64,000 nucleotides of DNA. It comes from an uncultured beta proteobacterium (GTDB lineage Bacteria > Pseudomonadota > Gammaproteobacteria > Burkholderiales > SG8-41). Location: NCBI GenBank assembly GCA_903893565.1, contig CAITMU010000025.1, positions 642 through 64,641 on the forward strand. The letters are read 5' to 3'. Under the pieces are notes generated by a model. The model ran no database searches. It worked only from the letters and a program-made list of their open reading frames with translations, and was not told the DNA's origin. The translations under genes and the position numbers were made by a program. Shown here one piece after another: positions 1-13,768 of this stretch. Each line of letters starts with the position of its first letter. Position 1 is the first letter of the stretch.

Positions 1-1290
1 GAAAACGCACTGTATGCTCCCTCGAGCGGTCGTTTTAAGGTTTATATTATCGATGAAGTGCATATGCTGTCTCGAAATGCCTTTAATGCGATGCTCAAGA
101 CTTTGGAAGAGCCTCCTGCTCATGTCAAATTTATATTGGCGACGACCGATCCGCAAAAAATTCCTGTCACCGTTTTATCTAGATGCCTTCAATTTAATTT
201 AAAGCAAATTCCTCCCCTTCAGATTGTTGAGCGATTACGTTTTATTTTGGAAGCAGAAAAATTAGAAGGTGATTTGACCGCTCTGTCTTTGATTGCCCGA
301 GCCGCACAAGGCAGCCTTCGTGATTCTTTGTCCTTAATGGATCAGGCGATAGCCCACGGAGCGGGTCGTGTGGATGAAGCCTCCACGCGCGATATGCTAG
401 GGGCGGTAGACCAACAACATCTTTATGCCATCCTCGAAGCGCTCTCACAAGCCGATGGCCCCGCGATGATGCAAAAGGCAGAGCAGATGAGTGCGCGTAG
501 CCTGTCGTTTGAATCCGCATTAATTGACTTGGGTAGCTTACTTCACCAGTTGGCACTGTATCAAAAAGTTCCCCAAACGCTCGCTGATGATCATCCAGAT
601 AAAGCCACACTCATCCATCTTTCTGGGCTTTTTGCTCCAGAGGAATTGCAGCTTTATTATCAAATCACCCTTCAGGGGCGAAGCGATATCGGTCTGGCGC
701 CTGACGAATATGCCGGATTTACGATGAGTTTATTGCGAATGTTGGCGTTTCATCCCTCCAGTGATATCGCTGTGCCTTCAAGCCCAAGCCCGAGGCCATT
801 AGCGGTAAGAGCCGTAATGCCCTCAGCTAGTGTTGCTCAAAAATCGACTCATGTTACGAGCCCGGTAACGGCTAGTGCGGCGCCATTGCCGCCACAGGTT
901 AAACCAGCATTAGAGGCTTCTTGGGATGATATTGTTCGTCAATTAGGGTTGATGGGCATGACAGCGCAATTAGCGCAAAACTGTGCCTTGTCACGGTATA
1001 CCGAGAGTGAAATGGAGTTAAGTATTCCTAAGGCTCAGGAGGTGTTGCTGGCCGGAACGCAGCAACAAAAACTAAAAAACGCGCTTCAAAAACTCTTTGG
1101 AGAGCCGTTTAAGATCACATTCAAGGTTACCGAAGCGTTGGTGCAAACGCCAGCACTGAATATTCAAAAGCAAAAAAACGAACAACTCATTAAAGCCACG
1201 CAAGCCATTAGTGCTGATCCCTTTGTTCAGCAGCTGCAAGAGGCTTTTGGCGGCAATGTTAAAAAATCTTCCATTCAACCATTATCCTAG
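1..1290 (+). CDS. dnaX: DNA polymerase III subunit gamma/tau, 5'-truncated by the window edge
   Basis: Frame 1 is open from base 1. The translation ...GRFKVYIIDEVHMLSRNAFNAMLKTLEEPP is the clamp-loader Walker B/sensor box. It is followed by a Pro/Ser/Ala linker and a tau-type C-terminal region. The conserved dnaX-ybaB-recR order supports the call. Confidence 0.95.
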   Translation, partial: ENALYAPSSGRFKVYIIDEVHMLSRNAFNAMLKTLEEPPAHVKFILATTDPQKIPVTVLSRCLQFNLKQIPPLQIVERLRFILEAEKLEGDLTALSLIARAAQGSLRDSLSLMDQAIAHGAGRVDEASTRDMLGAVDQQHLYAILEALSQADGPAMMQKAEQMSARSLSFESALIDLGSLLHQLALYQKVPQTLADDHPDKATLIHLSGLFAPEELQLYYQITLQGRSDIGLAPDEYAGFTMSLLRMLAFHPSSDIAVPSSPSPRPLAVRAVMPSASVAQKSTHVTSPVTASAAPLPPQVKPALEASWDDIVRQLGLMGMTAQLAQNCALSRYTESEMELSIPKAQEVLLAGTQQQKLKNALQKLFGEPFKITFKVTEALVQTPALNIQKQKNEQLIKATQAISADPFVQQLQEAFGGNVKKSSIQPLS

Positions 1291-1302
1291 GGGTTAGAGT
1301 CC

Positions 1303-1629
1303 ATGATGAAAGGCCAGATAGCCGGCTTAATGAAGCAGGCACAGCAAATGCAAGAGAACATGAAGAAAATGCAGGACCAGTTAACTACAATTGAAGTCGA
1401 GGGACTTTCCGGTGCAGGCTTAGTGAAAGTCAGCATGAACGGTCAGTATGGTGTAAAGCGAATCCATATTGATGAAAGCTTGTTTAAAGATGATAAAGAG
1501 ATGTTGGAAGACTTAATTGCCGCAGCGGTGAACGATGCCGTCAGAAGGGTGGAGAGTACTCGGCAAGAAAAAATGAATTCGGTGACCGGTTCTTTGCCTT
1601 TGCCCCCTGGTTTTAAGTTGCCCTTTTAA
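1303..1629 (+). CDS. ybaB: YbaB/EbfC family nucleoid-associated protein
   Basis: 108 aa. [24 protein letters not shown]... is the typical YbaB N-terminus. The gene sits between dnaX and recR. Confidence 0.93.
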   Translation: MMKGQIAGLMKQAQQMQENMKKMQDQLTTIEVEGLSGAGLVKVSMNGQYGVKRIHIDESLFKDDKEMLEDLIAAAVNDAVRRVESTRQEKMNSVTGSLPLPPGFKLPF

Positions 1630-1692
1630 AAATGAGGGACTGATTAAGCGTTTTTTTGTTGTTAAGGTCTGAGTCTTTTTTGTAAGGATAAG

Positions 1693-2289
1693 ATGAGTCA
1701 TACGGGGGTATTGGAGGATTTGATTGGGGCACTGAGATGCTTGCCGGGGGTAGGTCCGAAATCCTCCCAACGCATGGCCTATCACTTGTTGCAACGTGAT
1801 CCTTCTGGTGCAGCTCGTCTATCACTGGCATTAAGCCAAGCGCTTGAACGTATTCAGCATTGCGAGCAATGTAATAGTTTTTCTGAAACCCCCTTGTGTA
1901 GTTTGTGCTCCTCAACTCGTCGTGACCGAAGTCAACTGTGCGTGCTTGAATCCCCTGCTGACCTCATGCGGGTGGAACAAACTCAAAGTTTTCAGGGACT
2001 TTATTTTGTGCTGCTGGGAGTTTTATCCCCATTGGATGGTATCGGCCCTAAAGACATTCATTTGGACCGCTTACTTAAACGGGCCACGGACGGACTGGTC
2101 GAAGAGGTGGTGCTGGCCACTAACTTTACTGCAGAAGGTGAGGCGACGGCCCACTACATTGGTGAACTGTTAGGGTCTCGCGGCTTGAAGGTGACTCGAA
2201 TTGCTCGGGGATTGCCAGTGGGGGGGGAGCTCGATCACGTGGATGCGGGGACTTTAGCGCAAGCACTCCTTGAAAGACGTTCGGTTTAG
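1693..2289 (+). CDS. recR: recombination protein RecR
   Basis: 198 aa. It has a helix-hairpin-helix N-terminus ([17 protein letters not shown]), a C4 zinc finger ([16 protein letters not shown]) and a Toprim-like C-terminal half. Confidence 0.96.
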   Translation: MSHTGVLEDLIGALRCLPGVGPKSSQRMAYHLLQRDPSGAARLSLALSQALERIQHCEQCNSFSETPLCSLCSSTRRDRSQLCVLESPADLMRVEQTQSFQGLYFVLLGVLSPLDGIGPKDIHLDRLLKRATDGLVEEVVLATNFTAEGEATAHYIGELLGSRGLKVTRIARGLPVGGELDHVDAGTLAQALLERRSV

Positions 2290-2503
2290 TTTTTCGTAAT
2301 TCTGTGTCACGGTGAACCCCAGCAATGAGATAATAGGTTGTTTTTTAAATGAAAAGCTCCCCAAACGATCAATGTTTTGAGTGAGTTTGCCTATAACGGG
2401 GTGCTGGGAGCGGGTCTCGTGTTAAGAGCGGCTCGCTTAAAAAAATAGACAGAGGTTCCCTTTTCGGGATTTTTATTCCATTGTTTGACTTCAGGTTGTT
2501 GCC

Positions 2504-3442
2504 TTGAACACTAAAACTAAAACCCCTTTTCGCAGGCCCGTTGTTGCCCCTGTCAGCACGGAGTCCAATAAATTGCAAAAAGTATTAGCCCAAATTGGCT
2601 TAGGTTCGCGGCGCGATATGGAGGTGTGGATAGAGGAAGAAAGGGTGCTGGTCAACGGTCAGATCGCGACCAAAGGCACTCGAGTGACCTCTTCCGATCG
2701 AATTAAAGTGGATGGAAGAGATGTCCATGTCAGCGCCACTGCGCTAACCCCTCGAGTGTTGCTCTATCACAAACCAGAAGGGGAGATTGTCACGCGCGAT
2801 GATCCCCAGGGGCGGGAGACGGTGTTTTCCAATCTTCCCGGTTTACGCGGGGCACGGTGGTTGTCTGTTGGGCGATTGGATGTGAGTACCAGTGGTTTGT
2901 TGATTTTTACCACTTCGGGTGAACTAGCCAACTCTATGATGCATCCGCGATTTAAGGTCGAGCGCGAATATGCGGCGCGTGTCTTTGGGACTTTGAACCA
3001 AACGCAAGCCGATCAGTTGTGCCAAGGCATTGAGTTGCCTGACGGTATGGCAGCCTTTAATGCGCTAACCGATGAGGGCGGAGAAGGGTCTAATCACTGG
3101 TATCGAGTTCAAGTCAGTGAGGGCAGAAACCGACTCGTGCGGCGGTTGTTTGAAGCGTTGGGCTTTACCGTGAGTCGCCTTATTCGCGTGCGGTTTGGTT
3201 ACTTACAGTTACCCAGCCGCTTAAAGCGCGGCCAATTTATGGAGTTAGAACCAGCAGAAGTCATCGAGCTACTGGCATGGTTAAAGCAACCCCTCATCGA
3301 AACGGAAGACGACATTCAGCGAGCTAAGCCGGCCAAAAGGCCTTCTCGCGTGAGTACAAAAACACAATCATCCCCGCCACTGGTTAAAGGCCAAAAAAAC
3401 GCCATGCGGGGCCAGGCTCGTTCTACACGGGATCGGGCGTGA
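2504..3442 (+). CDS. rluB: 23S rRNA pseudouridine synthase B (RsuA/RluB family)
   Basis: It has an S4 domain (KLQKVLAQIGLGSRRDME), a catalytic-Asp motif (GRLDVSTSGLLIFT) and a basic Lys/Arg-rich C-tail. The start is TTG. The last 127 nt overlap prmB on the other strand. Confidence 0.88.
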   Translation: MNTKTKTPFRRPVVAPVSTESNKLQKVLAQIGLGSRRDMEVWIEEERVLVNGQIATKGTRVTSSDRIKVDGRDVHVSATALTPRVLLYHKPEGEIVTRDDPQGRETVFSNLPGLRGARWLSVGRLDVSTSGLLIFTTSGELANSMMHPRFKVEREYAARVFGTLNQTQADQLCQGIELPDGMAAFNALTDEGGEGSNHWYRVQVSEGRNRLVRRLFEALGFTVSRLIRVRFGYLQLPSRLKRGQFMELEPAEVIELLAWLKQPLIETEDDIQRAKPAKRPSRVSTKTQSSPPLVKGQKNAMRGQARSTRDRA

Positions 3443-4236
3443 CCACATTCGACCACTAGTAAGCCCCCTGGGCTTAAATGAGTTGCTGCGTTATTGAGAA
3501 TAATACGAACGGCATCGAGTCCATCTTTACCCCCCGCTAATGCGATTTCAGGTTCTTGCCGGTATTCTTCTGGTAACGAGTGCATGACGCGTTGGCGAAC
3601 ATAGGGGGGATTGGAAATGATTACATCATAGCAAGCCGTGTCTAATTGAGAAAAATAATCAGACACCTTTAATTGTATTTTCTTTCCTAGCCGATAGCGT
3701 GTGAGATTGATTCGGGCCACTTCTAATGCTTCTTTTGAAATGTCTGTGGCATCGATAGCGGTGGACTTAAATCGCTTGGCTAATAAAATCGCTAAGCAAG
3801 CTGAACCCGTACATAAATCGAGCGCCCTACGGATTTTTGGCGTAGATGGCCATTCAAAAGGCGCACTGCCAAGGAGTAGTTCGGCGATGTAGGACCTGGG
3901 GATTAAAGCGCGCGAATCAGCGTAAAAACTAAAAGGTCCCAGCCAAGCCTCTTCGGTGAGATAGGCTGCGGGAAGCCGAAGCTTGATACGACGTATAAAC
4001 ACTTGCCTGACACGCGCCGCATCGAGCCCGTTGACCTGTTTTTTTTCAGGTAATACTCCAAGGGGTAATCCGAGGCTAAACAAGGTTAAATAAATCGCCT
4101 CATCACGTGCGTTTGTCGTGCCATGGCCAAAGCAGATGCCCGCATCCTCAAACCAACGTTGACCTTGACGCGCCAATTGACCCACCGTGGTGGGGGTGAC
4201 AGGGGCCGGTTTTAACCAAGGTTTGGGACTGGGCAA
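3316..4236 (-). CDS. prmB: ribosomal protein uL3 glutamine N5-methyltransferase
   Basis: It has a SAM pocket (LDLCTGSACLAI) and an NPPY motif (IISNPPYV). The C-terminus FFWPLTSGGDDCVFVLTREGL resembles E. coli PrmB. The start is TTG. Confidence 0.88.
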   Translation of the reverse strand: MPSPKPWLKPAPVTPTTVGQLARQGQRWFEDAGICFGHGTTNARDEAIYLTLFSLGLPLGVLPEKKQVNGLDAARVRQVFIRRIKLRLPAAYLTEEAWLGPFSFYADSRALIPRSYIAELLLGSAPFEWPSTPKIRRALDLCTGSACLAILLAKRFKSTAIDATDISKEALEVARINLTRYRLGKKIQLKVSDYFSQLDTACYDVIISNPPYVRQRVMHSLPEEYRQEPEIALAGGKDGLDAVRIILNNAATHLSPGGLLVVECGHARSRVERAWPRMAFFWPLTSGGDDCVFVLTREGLLAGLAR

Positions 4237-4319
4237 ATGAAAGATTCCTAGACGGTAGAGCCACAGCGCTTGAGGGCTATTTTTAGCTTTGATCGCAGCG
4301 CAGTGGGGCCCATGTCAGT

Positions 4320-5147
4320 TTAGTCGCCACGCAAAAGTTCATTGATGCTCGTCTTGGCTCGGGTTTGAGCGTCGACTTGTTTGACGATGACCGCACAGTA
4401 CAGTTGGCATTTACCATCGGGTGAGGGTAAAGAGCCGGGGACGACCACCGAACCCGCAGGCACTCTGCCATACAGTATCTGTCCTGTTTGGCGGTGGTAG
4501 ATTTTTGTGCTTTGACCAATAAAAACACCCATTGAAATGACCGCACCGGTTTCGACGACGACCCCTTCTACGATTTCCGAGCGAGCACCGATAAAACAGT
4601 TGTCTTCGATAATGGTGGGATTGGCTTGCAGGGGTTCCAATACACCACCGATACCGACGCCACCCGAGAGGTGAACATTCTTACCGATTTGAGCGCAAGA
4701 ACCCACCGTCGCCCAAGTATCCACCATTGTGGATTCATCGACATAAGCGCCGATGTTGACAAAGGAGGGCATTAAAATCACATTTTTACCAATAAAGGCA
4801 CCCCGTCTTGCGGCGGCGGGGGGCACGACCCGGTAGCCTGCCTGAGCAAAATCCTTGGGAGTGAAGCCACTAAATTTTGAGGCCACTTTATCGTAATACT
4901 GGGAGTAACCGTCTTTTAAAAGCGCATTGTCTTCGATACGAAAAGACAATAGCACAGCTTTTTTAATCCACTGGTGTGTGACCCAATCGCCTTGAATTTT
5001 TTCTGCAACGCGTAGTGCCCCTGTATCGAGTTGTGCCAAGGTGGCATTGACAGCCTCACGAATAGCGGTGCTACAGGTAGAGGAGGATAATTCAGCTCTA
5101 TTGTCCCAGGCCGAATCAATCGTCTTTTGTAATTGATCTTTGTTCAT
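4320..5147 (-). CDS. dapD: 2,3,4,5-tetrahydropyridine-2,6-dicarboxylate N-succinyltransferase
   Basis: 275 aa. It has a left-handed beta-helix hexapeptide region ([36 protein letters not shown]) and a GGAAGAG Shine-Dalgarno (SD) sequence upstream. It is adjacent to dapC. Confidence 0.95.
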   Translation of the reverse strand: MNKDQLQKTIDSAWDNRAELSSSTCSTAIREAVNATLAQLDTGALRVAEKIQGDWVTHQWIKKAVLLSFRIEDNALLKDGYSQYYDKVASKFSGFTPKDFAQAGYRVVPPAAARRGAFIGKNVILMPSFVNIGAYVDESTMVDTWATVGSCAQIGKNVHLSGGVGIGGVLEPLQANPTIIEDNCFIGARSEIVEGVVVETGAVISMGVFIGQSTKIYHRQTGQILYGRVPAGSVVVPGSLPSPDGKCQLYCAVIVKQVDAQTRAKTSINELLRGD

Positions 5148-5162
5148 AAGCTCTTCCGTTTA

Positions 5163-6395
5163 TTAAAGGGATTGGATAAATTGTGCAATACGGGTGGCAC
5201 TTTCTTTACACTCTTCAACGCTCGACACGAGCGCAATTCGCACCCGGTTTTCGCCCGGATTAATGCCTGCCGATGAGCGACCTAAAAAACTACCTGGCAA
5301 GACAGATACATTTTTTTCAATGTAGAGCCGACGAGCGAATTCCGTATCAGCAATCGGGGTGGGCAACCATAAGTAGAATGCCGCATCGGGCCAGTCTACA
5401 TCGCAAACTGGCTTTAAAATCGATAGCGCGATGTTGAATTTTTCTCTGTAAAGGCGCCTATTGTCAACGACATGTTTTTCATCCCGCCACGCACTGGTGC
5501 TGGCAACTTGTATGGGCACACTCATGGCACAACCATGGTAAGTACGGAATAAAAGATATTGCTTAATGATGGAGGCATCTCCAGCCACAAAACCAGAACG
5601 CATCCCCGGCACGTTGGATCTTTTGGAAAGACTAGAAAAAACCACAAGACGAGGAAAGCCCTCGCGCCCGAGTTGGCGAGCCGCCTCCAAGGCACCTAAG
5701 GGCGGGTGGTCTTCATCGAAGTAAATTTCTGAATAGCATTCATCCGAGGCAATCACAAAACCAAAGCGATCGGAGAGCTTAAACAGCGCTTCCCATTGCT
5801 TCAGGTCCATGACGCAACCGGTCGGATTGCCTGGTGAACAGGTGAAAATTAATTGAGTCTTTTCCCACACAGAATCGGGCAAATCGCTTAACTGAGCAGC
5901 AAATCGGTTTTTTGCGAGGCTATTGAGATAATACGGTTGGGCGCCCGCCAGCAAAGCTGCCCCTTCATAGATCTGGTAGAAGGGGTTAGGGCAGACGACG
6001 ATAGGATCTTTTCGACGGCTTGAATCAACCACCGTTTGCGCAAAGGCAAACAAAGCCTCACGGCTACCGTTGACCGGGAGCACCTGGGTATCCGGATTCA
6101 GTTTCACTTGGTAGCGCAGGGCGGCCCAGTCGCAAATGGCTTGTCGCAGTGATTCATTGCCCAGCGTGGAAGGGTAGGTGGATAGCCCTGTGAGACTATC
6201 AATCAACGCATTTTTGATAAATTCTGGTGTCGGGTGCTTCGGTTCCCCAATATAAAGTGTGATTGGGGAATATGACGCATTGGGCACGGCCCCCTCGAGC
6301 AATAGGCTTAGTTTCTGAAACGGGTAGCTTTGTAATTTTTCCAGATAGGGATTCAATGGCGGTATTCCATGTTCGGCTCTAAATATAGAACCCAT
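5163..6395 (-). CDS. dapC: succinyldiaminopimelate aminotransferase (class I PLP aminotransferase)
   Basis: 410 aa. It has the PLP-Lys region SSLSKRSNVPGMRSG and the betaproteobacterial dapC-dapD pairing. The true start may be the in-frame TTG at 6356 (MNPYLEKLQSYPF...) rather than the ATG at 6395. Confidence 0.88.
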   Translation of the reverse strand: MGSIFRAEHGIPPLNPYLEKLQSYPFQKLSLLLEGAVPNASYSPITLYIGEPKHPTPEFIKNALIDSLTGLSTYPSTLGNESLRQAICDWAALRYQVKLNPDTQVLPVNGSREALFAFAQTVVDSSRRKDPIVVCPNPFYQIYEGAALLAGAQPYYLNSLAKNRFAAQLSDLPDSVWEKTQLIFTCSPGNPTGCVMDLKQWEALFKLSDRFGFVIASDECYSEIYFDEDHPPLGALEAARQLGREGFPRLVVFSSLSKRSNVPGMRSGFVAGDASIIKQYLLFRTYHGCAMSVPIQVASTSAWRDEKHVVDNRRLYREKFNIALSILKPVCDVDWPDAAFYLWLPTPIADTEFARRLYIEKNVSVLPGSFLGRSSAGINPGENRVRIALVSSVEECKESATRIAQFIQSL

Positions 6396-6500
6396 TCAAA
6401 CAGTAAGTGTAAGATTATAAGACTTTTTTTCTAATTTGAATGGCTCTCAAGCGATGGGGGGACAGAGGCCTAAAAGGGCTCGATGAATCAGTCTTCGTGG

Positions 6501-6956
6501 TTAACGGATACTCGGGTCGTTGACTTCTACGTCGTAGTCCGGTAAGTCGCTCATCTTCCACCCTCGCTTGGCGTGTTGCGCGACTACGGACGTAAACACG
6601 CCTCCGCGCACGTAAAATCGGGCGGTTAAACGTACAAATCGGGGGGAAATGGTTTTTACAATATCATCCAGTATGCGGTTAGTGACCGCCTCATGATAGG
6701 TCCCTTCATTACGGAATGACCAAACGTACATTTTTAGACTTTTTAATTCGATACAAAGCTTTTCTGGAACAAAATCAAGAATTAAGCTTGCAAAATCGGG
6801 CTGGCCAGTTTTGGGGCAAAGGCAAGTGAATTCAGGTAATTCCATGTGAATTCGGAAGTTTCTACCCGGGGCTGGATTGGGAAACGTTTCGAGTATTGTT
6901 CTTGAAGGACGGGAAGGGAAAGTAGGGGTAGGGGATGTACGGGGCATTATCGGCAA
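6501..6956 (-). CDS. queF: NADPH-dependent 7-cyano-7-deazaguanine (preQ0) reductase, unimodular type
   Basis: 151 aa. It has the QueF motif with the catalytic Cys ([21 protein letters not shown]) and E(S/L)K(S/A)hK(L/Y)(Y/F/W)-like [13 protein letters not shown]. Confidence 0.9.
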   Translation of the reverse strand: MPIMPRTSPTPTFPSRPSRTILETFPNPAPGRNFRIHMELPEFTCLCPKTGQPDFASLILDFVPEKLCIELKSLKMYVWSFRNEGTYHEAVTNRILDDIVKTISPRFVRLTARFYVRGGVFTSVVAQHAKRGWKMSDLPDYDVEVNDPSIR

Positions 6957-7038
6957 GTAGCAAATCAGTTAGAATGAGAGGATTGAGTGGTTCGATTTTC
7001 GTCACTCACTCCATTATAACCTCAAGCAAAGTCTTAAA

Positions 7039-10000
7039 TTGCGACTCACTCACATTAATCTGGCTGGTTTTAAATCCTTTGTTGACCCCACACAGATCCC
7101 TGTCCCGGGTCAATTGGTGGGTATCGTTGGGCCCAATGGCTGTGGTAAATCTAACATTATTGATGCCGTACGATGGGTTTTGGGCGAGTCCTCTGCAAAA
7201 CAGTTGCGTGGCGAGACCATGCAAGATGTACTGTTTAATGGCTCTGGCAATCGTAAGCCCATGGGCCGATGCAGTGTGGAATTGATTTTTGACAACAGTC
7301 TGGGTAAAGCCACAGGGCAGTGGTCTACGTATGCGGAAATTTCGGTCAAAAGGGTTTTACTTCGAGAGGGTGATTCGACTTATTACATCAATAATTTACC
7401 GGTGCGTCGTCGAGATGTGACCGATATATTCTTGGGTACTGGATTGGGCGCTCGTGCTTACGCCATTATTGAACAAGGGATGATTTCTCGCATCATAGAG
7501 GCAAAACCGGAAGACCTTCGAGTCTTTCTGGAAGAAGCCGCAGGGGTATCTAAATACCGGGAAAGGCGAAGAGAAACGGAGCTTCGATTGCGCGATACGA
7601 GAGAAAATCTCGTGAGGGTTGAAGATATTCGCCAAGAATTGACCAAGCAAATCGAACATTTGCAATCTCAAGCGGCGGTTGCATCCAATTATCACAGTTT
7701 GCAAAATGAGCTCGCCACCTTACAGGGTCTTTTGTGGTTTACTCGTAAAAAAGAAGCCATTGCGGCTCGCGGCCGACATAATCGAGACATCGAGCGCTGT
7801 GTCAACGACCTAGAATCTGAAACGGCTCGGTTAAGAGAGACGGAAAATCAACTCGAGACTTTGCGTACGGATCACTATACGGCGGGTGATGCCTTGCATG
7901 AGGCGCAGGGCGCTTTATACGAGGCCAACAGCGAAGTGGCTCGAATTGAGCAGCAAATTAACCATATTCGTGAGAACCGCCAGCGTATCGAGCACCACTT
8001 GGAAACGCTCATAAGTCAAAAAAATAATCAACAAATTGAATTGCATCAGTTCGCTGATTCAAAAGAACAGACTTTAATGGAGCAGCAAGGCATTGATGAT
8101 CGCATCATCGAAGCGAGCGCTCGACTCGAAGATCAATCTCAAAAACTACCTCAAGCAGAGCAGTTATACCGCCAAAGCGATGAAAAACGTCGTCAGCTCC
8201 AATTAAGCTTGTCGCAAATAGAACGTCAGCATCAGGTGGAACAAACCAAGATGGGGCATTCGAGTGCTTTGATAGAGCAACTCACGCAGCGAAAAACGCG
8301 TTTACATGATGAATTGGCCGTTTTGCCTCAGTTGCAACTCTCCGAGCTTGATGCGTTGCAGGAGCAGTTCGAGCAATTGACCGCACAAATCGAAGAGTCC
8401 CGTGGTCATTTGGAGCAGCGTGAACAAGAATTGCCCATTTTGGAGCAGCAGGTTCGTGAGCATACCAGCGCATTGAATCAATCCACCCAAAAACAAGCGG
8501 CCATTGAGGCACGGTTAAGCGTATTGAGTCAGCTTCAGGCTAATTTGGCTAAGGGAGCTGAGCTATCGGATTGGCAAGCGAGTCGGGGATTGGATCAGTT
8601 TCCCCGTGTTTGGCAGTCGTTGCAGATCACTCCCGGGTGGGAGACGGCCTTAGAGGCTATTTTACGTCAACGCTTAAATGCGCTGACGGTTGAGACCTAT
8701 TCCAATCAAACGGCTTGGCTCGAGCAAAGTCCCCCCGGTAAGATGACTTTGGTCGCGTTGGCTGAAAATGGGCCAACCGATCTCGCGCAATTATCGGACG
8801 TGATCCCTGGCTTAACGCCTTTGATTACGCATCTGAGTTATCGTGAGGCTCGGTTGGAGAGCATCATGAAAGAGTGGTTACGCGGCGTTTATGCGGTGAG
8901 CGATATTCGTGCCGCTCTTCCATTATGCGCGGGACTACCGGCCGGTTCTTTGTTGGTCACTGTGGAAGGTCATATTCTGGATGCCCAGAGTTTAAGTTTT
9001 CATGCCCCTGATACCGAACTTCAAGGCGTGCTCACTCGACAAAGAGAAATTGAATCGATTGAAGAGCAATTGCAGTTGGAAGAAAATGTTATTTTAGAAG
9101 CGCGAGAAACGCTGGCTCAAGCTCAAGCGCAGATTGAAGATTGTCGAGGTTACATTCAAGAAACCCGCAACCAAATGGCGCAACAGCAGAATTCAGCACA
9201 TCAAATTCAGCTATCGGTGTTGCGTCTGACAGAGCAAAACGAAAGAACCCAAGAGCGACAAACCCAGATTGCTCGTGCGCTCGAAGAAATCGCTGCGCAA
9301 TGGGACAGTGAATCTCATAATCGTCAAGCGGCCCAAGAACTGTTGGATAAGCTCGCCGAAGAACTGTTGATGCTCAATGATGCGGTTGACGAGTCTAAAA
9401 GTGAATCCGAAAGTGCGGAACATCATTTGCAGATTGAGCGTGAGGCTCTCGATACGGCGCGCCAACAGCACCAGGAAGTGCAATACCAACAAAAAACGAT
9501 CGCGAATAAATTAAGCACCATTGAATCAAGCCTTGAGCGGCTCGATCAGTCGATTGCCTCCATTCAAGCGAGTATTGAGTTAGCGCATAAAGATCTTGAA
9601 GGTTTTGATGAAACGCCGTGGGACGAGCAGCTCCAAAGTATGCTCGAGACGAGGGTTGCTCGAGAGCAAGTGCTGGGCGAAGCGCGAGATCAGCTGGAGG
9701 GGTTGGAGACGCGGCTTCGAGCGCTAGAGCAGGATAGGCTCACTTTTGAGCAAAAGCTCGATCCCTTGCGTGAGCGCATAGCTGAGCTTCGATTAAAAGA
9801 GCAGGAGGCACGATTAAATGAAGAACAGTATACGCAACAACTCTTCGAAGCCAATGCCAATGAAGAAGAGCTGGCTGCGTTATTAGAAAAAGGCACTCGC
9901 TCCAACGCGTTGCAGTCAGAGATTAATCGAATCAACCAGGCGATAACCGCCTTAGGGGCCGTTAATTTGGCCGCTCTGGAAGAGCTAACGGCGGCTCAGG

Positions 10001-10569
10001 AACGTAGCACTTATCTTGAAGACCAGTCGCGTGATTTGTCTGAAGCGATGGCCACTTTGGAAGATGCGATTAAGCGTATTGATCGGGAGACCCGAGATCG
10101 CTTGCAGTTAACCTTTGATGAAGTAAACCGACATTTTAGTGAGATGTTCCCAGCTTTATTTGGCGGCGGGCAAGCGAAGTTGACTCTCACAGGGGAAGAA
10201 ATTCTTGACTGTGGCTTACATGTCATGGCGCAGCCACCGGGTAAGAAAAACAGTACCATTCACCTGCTCTCCGGGGGCGAAAAAGCATTGACGGCATTGT
10301 CTTTAATTTTTTCTATCTTTATGTTGAACCCAGCACCTTTTTGCTTGCTCGATGAGGTAGATGCACCACTGGATGACCAAAATACAGAGCGTTTTTGTGA
10401 ATTGGTTAAGAAAATGTCGATAAAATCTCAGTTCCTTTTCATTAGTCATAACAAAATTACGATGGAAATGGCCAACCAGTTGCTCGGCATTACCATGCAA
10501 GAGGCTGGCATTTCACGCGTGGTGGCGGTAGATATTGAAGAGGCTCTTAAATTATCAGAAGCTGCTTAA
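7039..10569 (+). CDS. smc: chromosome segregation protein SMC
   Basis: 1176 aa. It has Walker A (GPNGCGKSN), long coiled coils around a hinge, the signature LSGGEKALTA and Walker B (CLLDEVDAPLD). The start is TTG (MRLTHINLAGFKSF). Confidence 0.96.
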   Translation: MRLTHINLAGFKSFVDPTQIPVPGQLVGIVGPNGCGKSNIIDAVRWVLGESSAKQLRGETMQDVLFNGSGNRKPMGRCSVELIFDNSLGKATGQWSTYAEISVKRVLLREGDSTYYINNLPVRRRDVTDIFLGTGLGARAYAIIEQGMISRIIEAKPEDLRVFLEEAAGVSKYRERRRETELRLRDTRENLVRVEDIRQELTKQIEHLQSQAAVASNYHSLQNELATLQGLLWFTRKKEAIAARGRHNRDIERCVNDLESETARLRETENQLETLRTDHYTAGDALHEAQGALYEANSEVARIEQQINHIRENRQRIEHHLETLISQKNNQQIELHQFADSKEQTLMEQQGIDDRIIEASARLEDQSQKLPQAEQLYRQSDEKRRQLQLSLSQIERQHQVEQTKMGHSSALIEQLTQRKTRLHDELAVLPQLQLSELDALQEQFEQLTAQIEESRGHLEQREQELPILEQQVREHTSALNQSTQKQAAIEARLSVLSQLQANLAKGAELSDWQASRGLDQFPRVWQSLQITPGWETALEAILRQRLNALTVETYSNQTAWLEQSPPGKMTLVALAENGPTDLAQLSDVIPGLTPLITHLSYREARLESIMKEWLRGVYAVSDIRAALPLCAGLPAGSLLVTVEGHILDAQSLSFHAPDTELQGVLTRQREIESIEEQLQLEENVILEARETLAQAQAQIEDCRGYIQETRNQMAQQQNSAHQIQLSVLRLTEQNERTQERQTQIARALEEIAAQWDSESHNRQAAQELLDKLAEELLMLNDAVDESKSESESAEHHLQIEREALDTARQQHQEVQYQQKTIANKLSTIESSLERLDQSIASIQASIELAHKDLEGFDETPWDEQLQSMLETRVAREQVLGEARDQLEGLETRLRALEQDRLTFEQKLDPLRERIAELRLKEQEARLNEEQYTQQLFEANANEEELAALLEKGTRSNALQSEINRINQAITALGAVNLAALEELTAAQERSTYLEDQSRDLSEAMATLEDAIKRIDRETRDRLQLTFDEVNRHFSEMFPALFGGGQAKLTLTGEEILDCGLHVMAQPPGKKNSTIHLLSGGEKALTALSLIFSIFMLNPAPFCLLDEVDAPLDDQNTERFCELVKKMSIKSQFLFISHNKITMEMANQLLGITMQEAGISRVVAVDIEEALKLSEAA

Positions 10570-10581
10570 TTAGACATAGCC

Positions 10582-13691
<3,110 letters not shown>

Positions 13692-13768
13692 AAAAAATGC
13701 ACACTCTATAAAATTCATTCATGAAATATTAAACCCGTAGAAGTCAATGCCTTCGCTTTCTTTTTAAG

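Noticed and set aside
1171-1200. Possible dnaX programmed -1 frameshift. The in-frame CAA AAA AAC gives an A AAA AAC heptamer, and the -1 frame stops 5 codons later.
   Set aside because: - It lies only ~38 codons from the normal stop, unlike the mid-gene gamma/tau site of E. coli.
- The heptamer ends in AAC rather than the efficient AAG.
- I see neither an upstream SD-like stimulator nor a downstream hairpin.
- It would only be worth revisiting if a slightly shorter DnaX species were seen experimentally.
2290-2503. 214-nt non-coding gap after recR. I considered an SRP/4.5S RNA (often near dnaX-recR) or another structured RNA.
   Set aside because: - Neither strand contains the conserved SRP domain IV sequence (…GGAAGCAGCC…-type).
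- The only long-range pairing I found (CCCAGCA 2318-2324 with TGCTGGG 2402-2408) is 7 bp, which is within chance expectation.
- There is no terminator.
6983-7000. GGTTCGATT resembling a tRNA T-arm in the queF/smc spacer.
   Set aside because: No acceptor stem, anticodon arm or D-arm can be built around it, and the spacer is only 82 nt. I recognised no tRNA, rRNA, tmRNA or RNase P RNA anywhere in the window.
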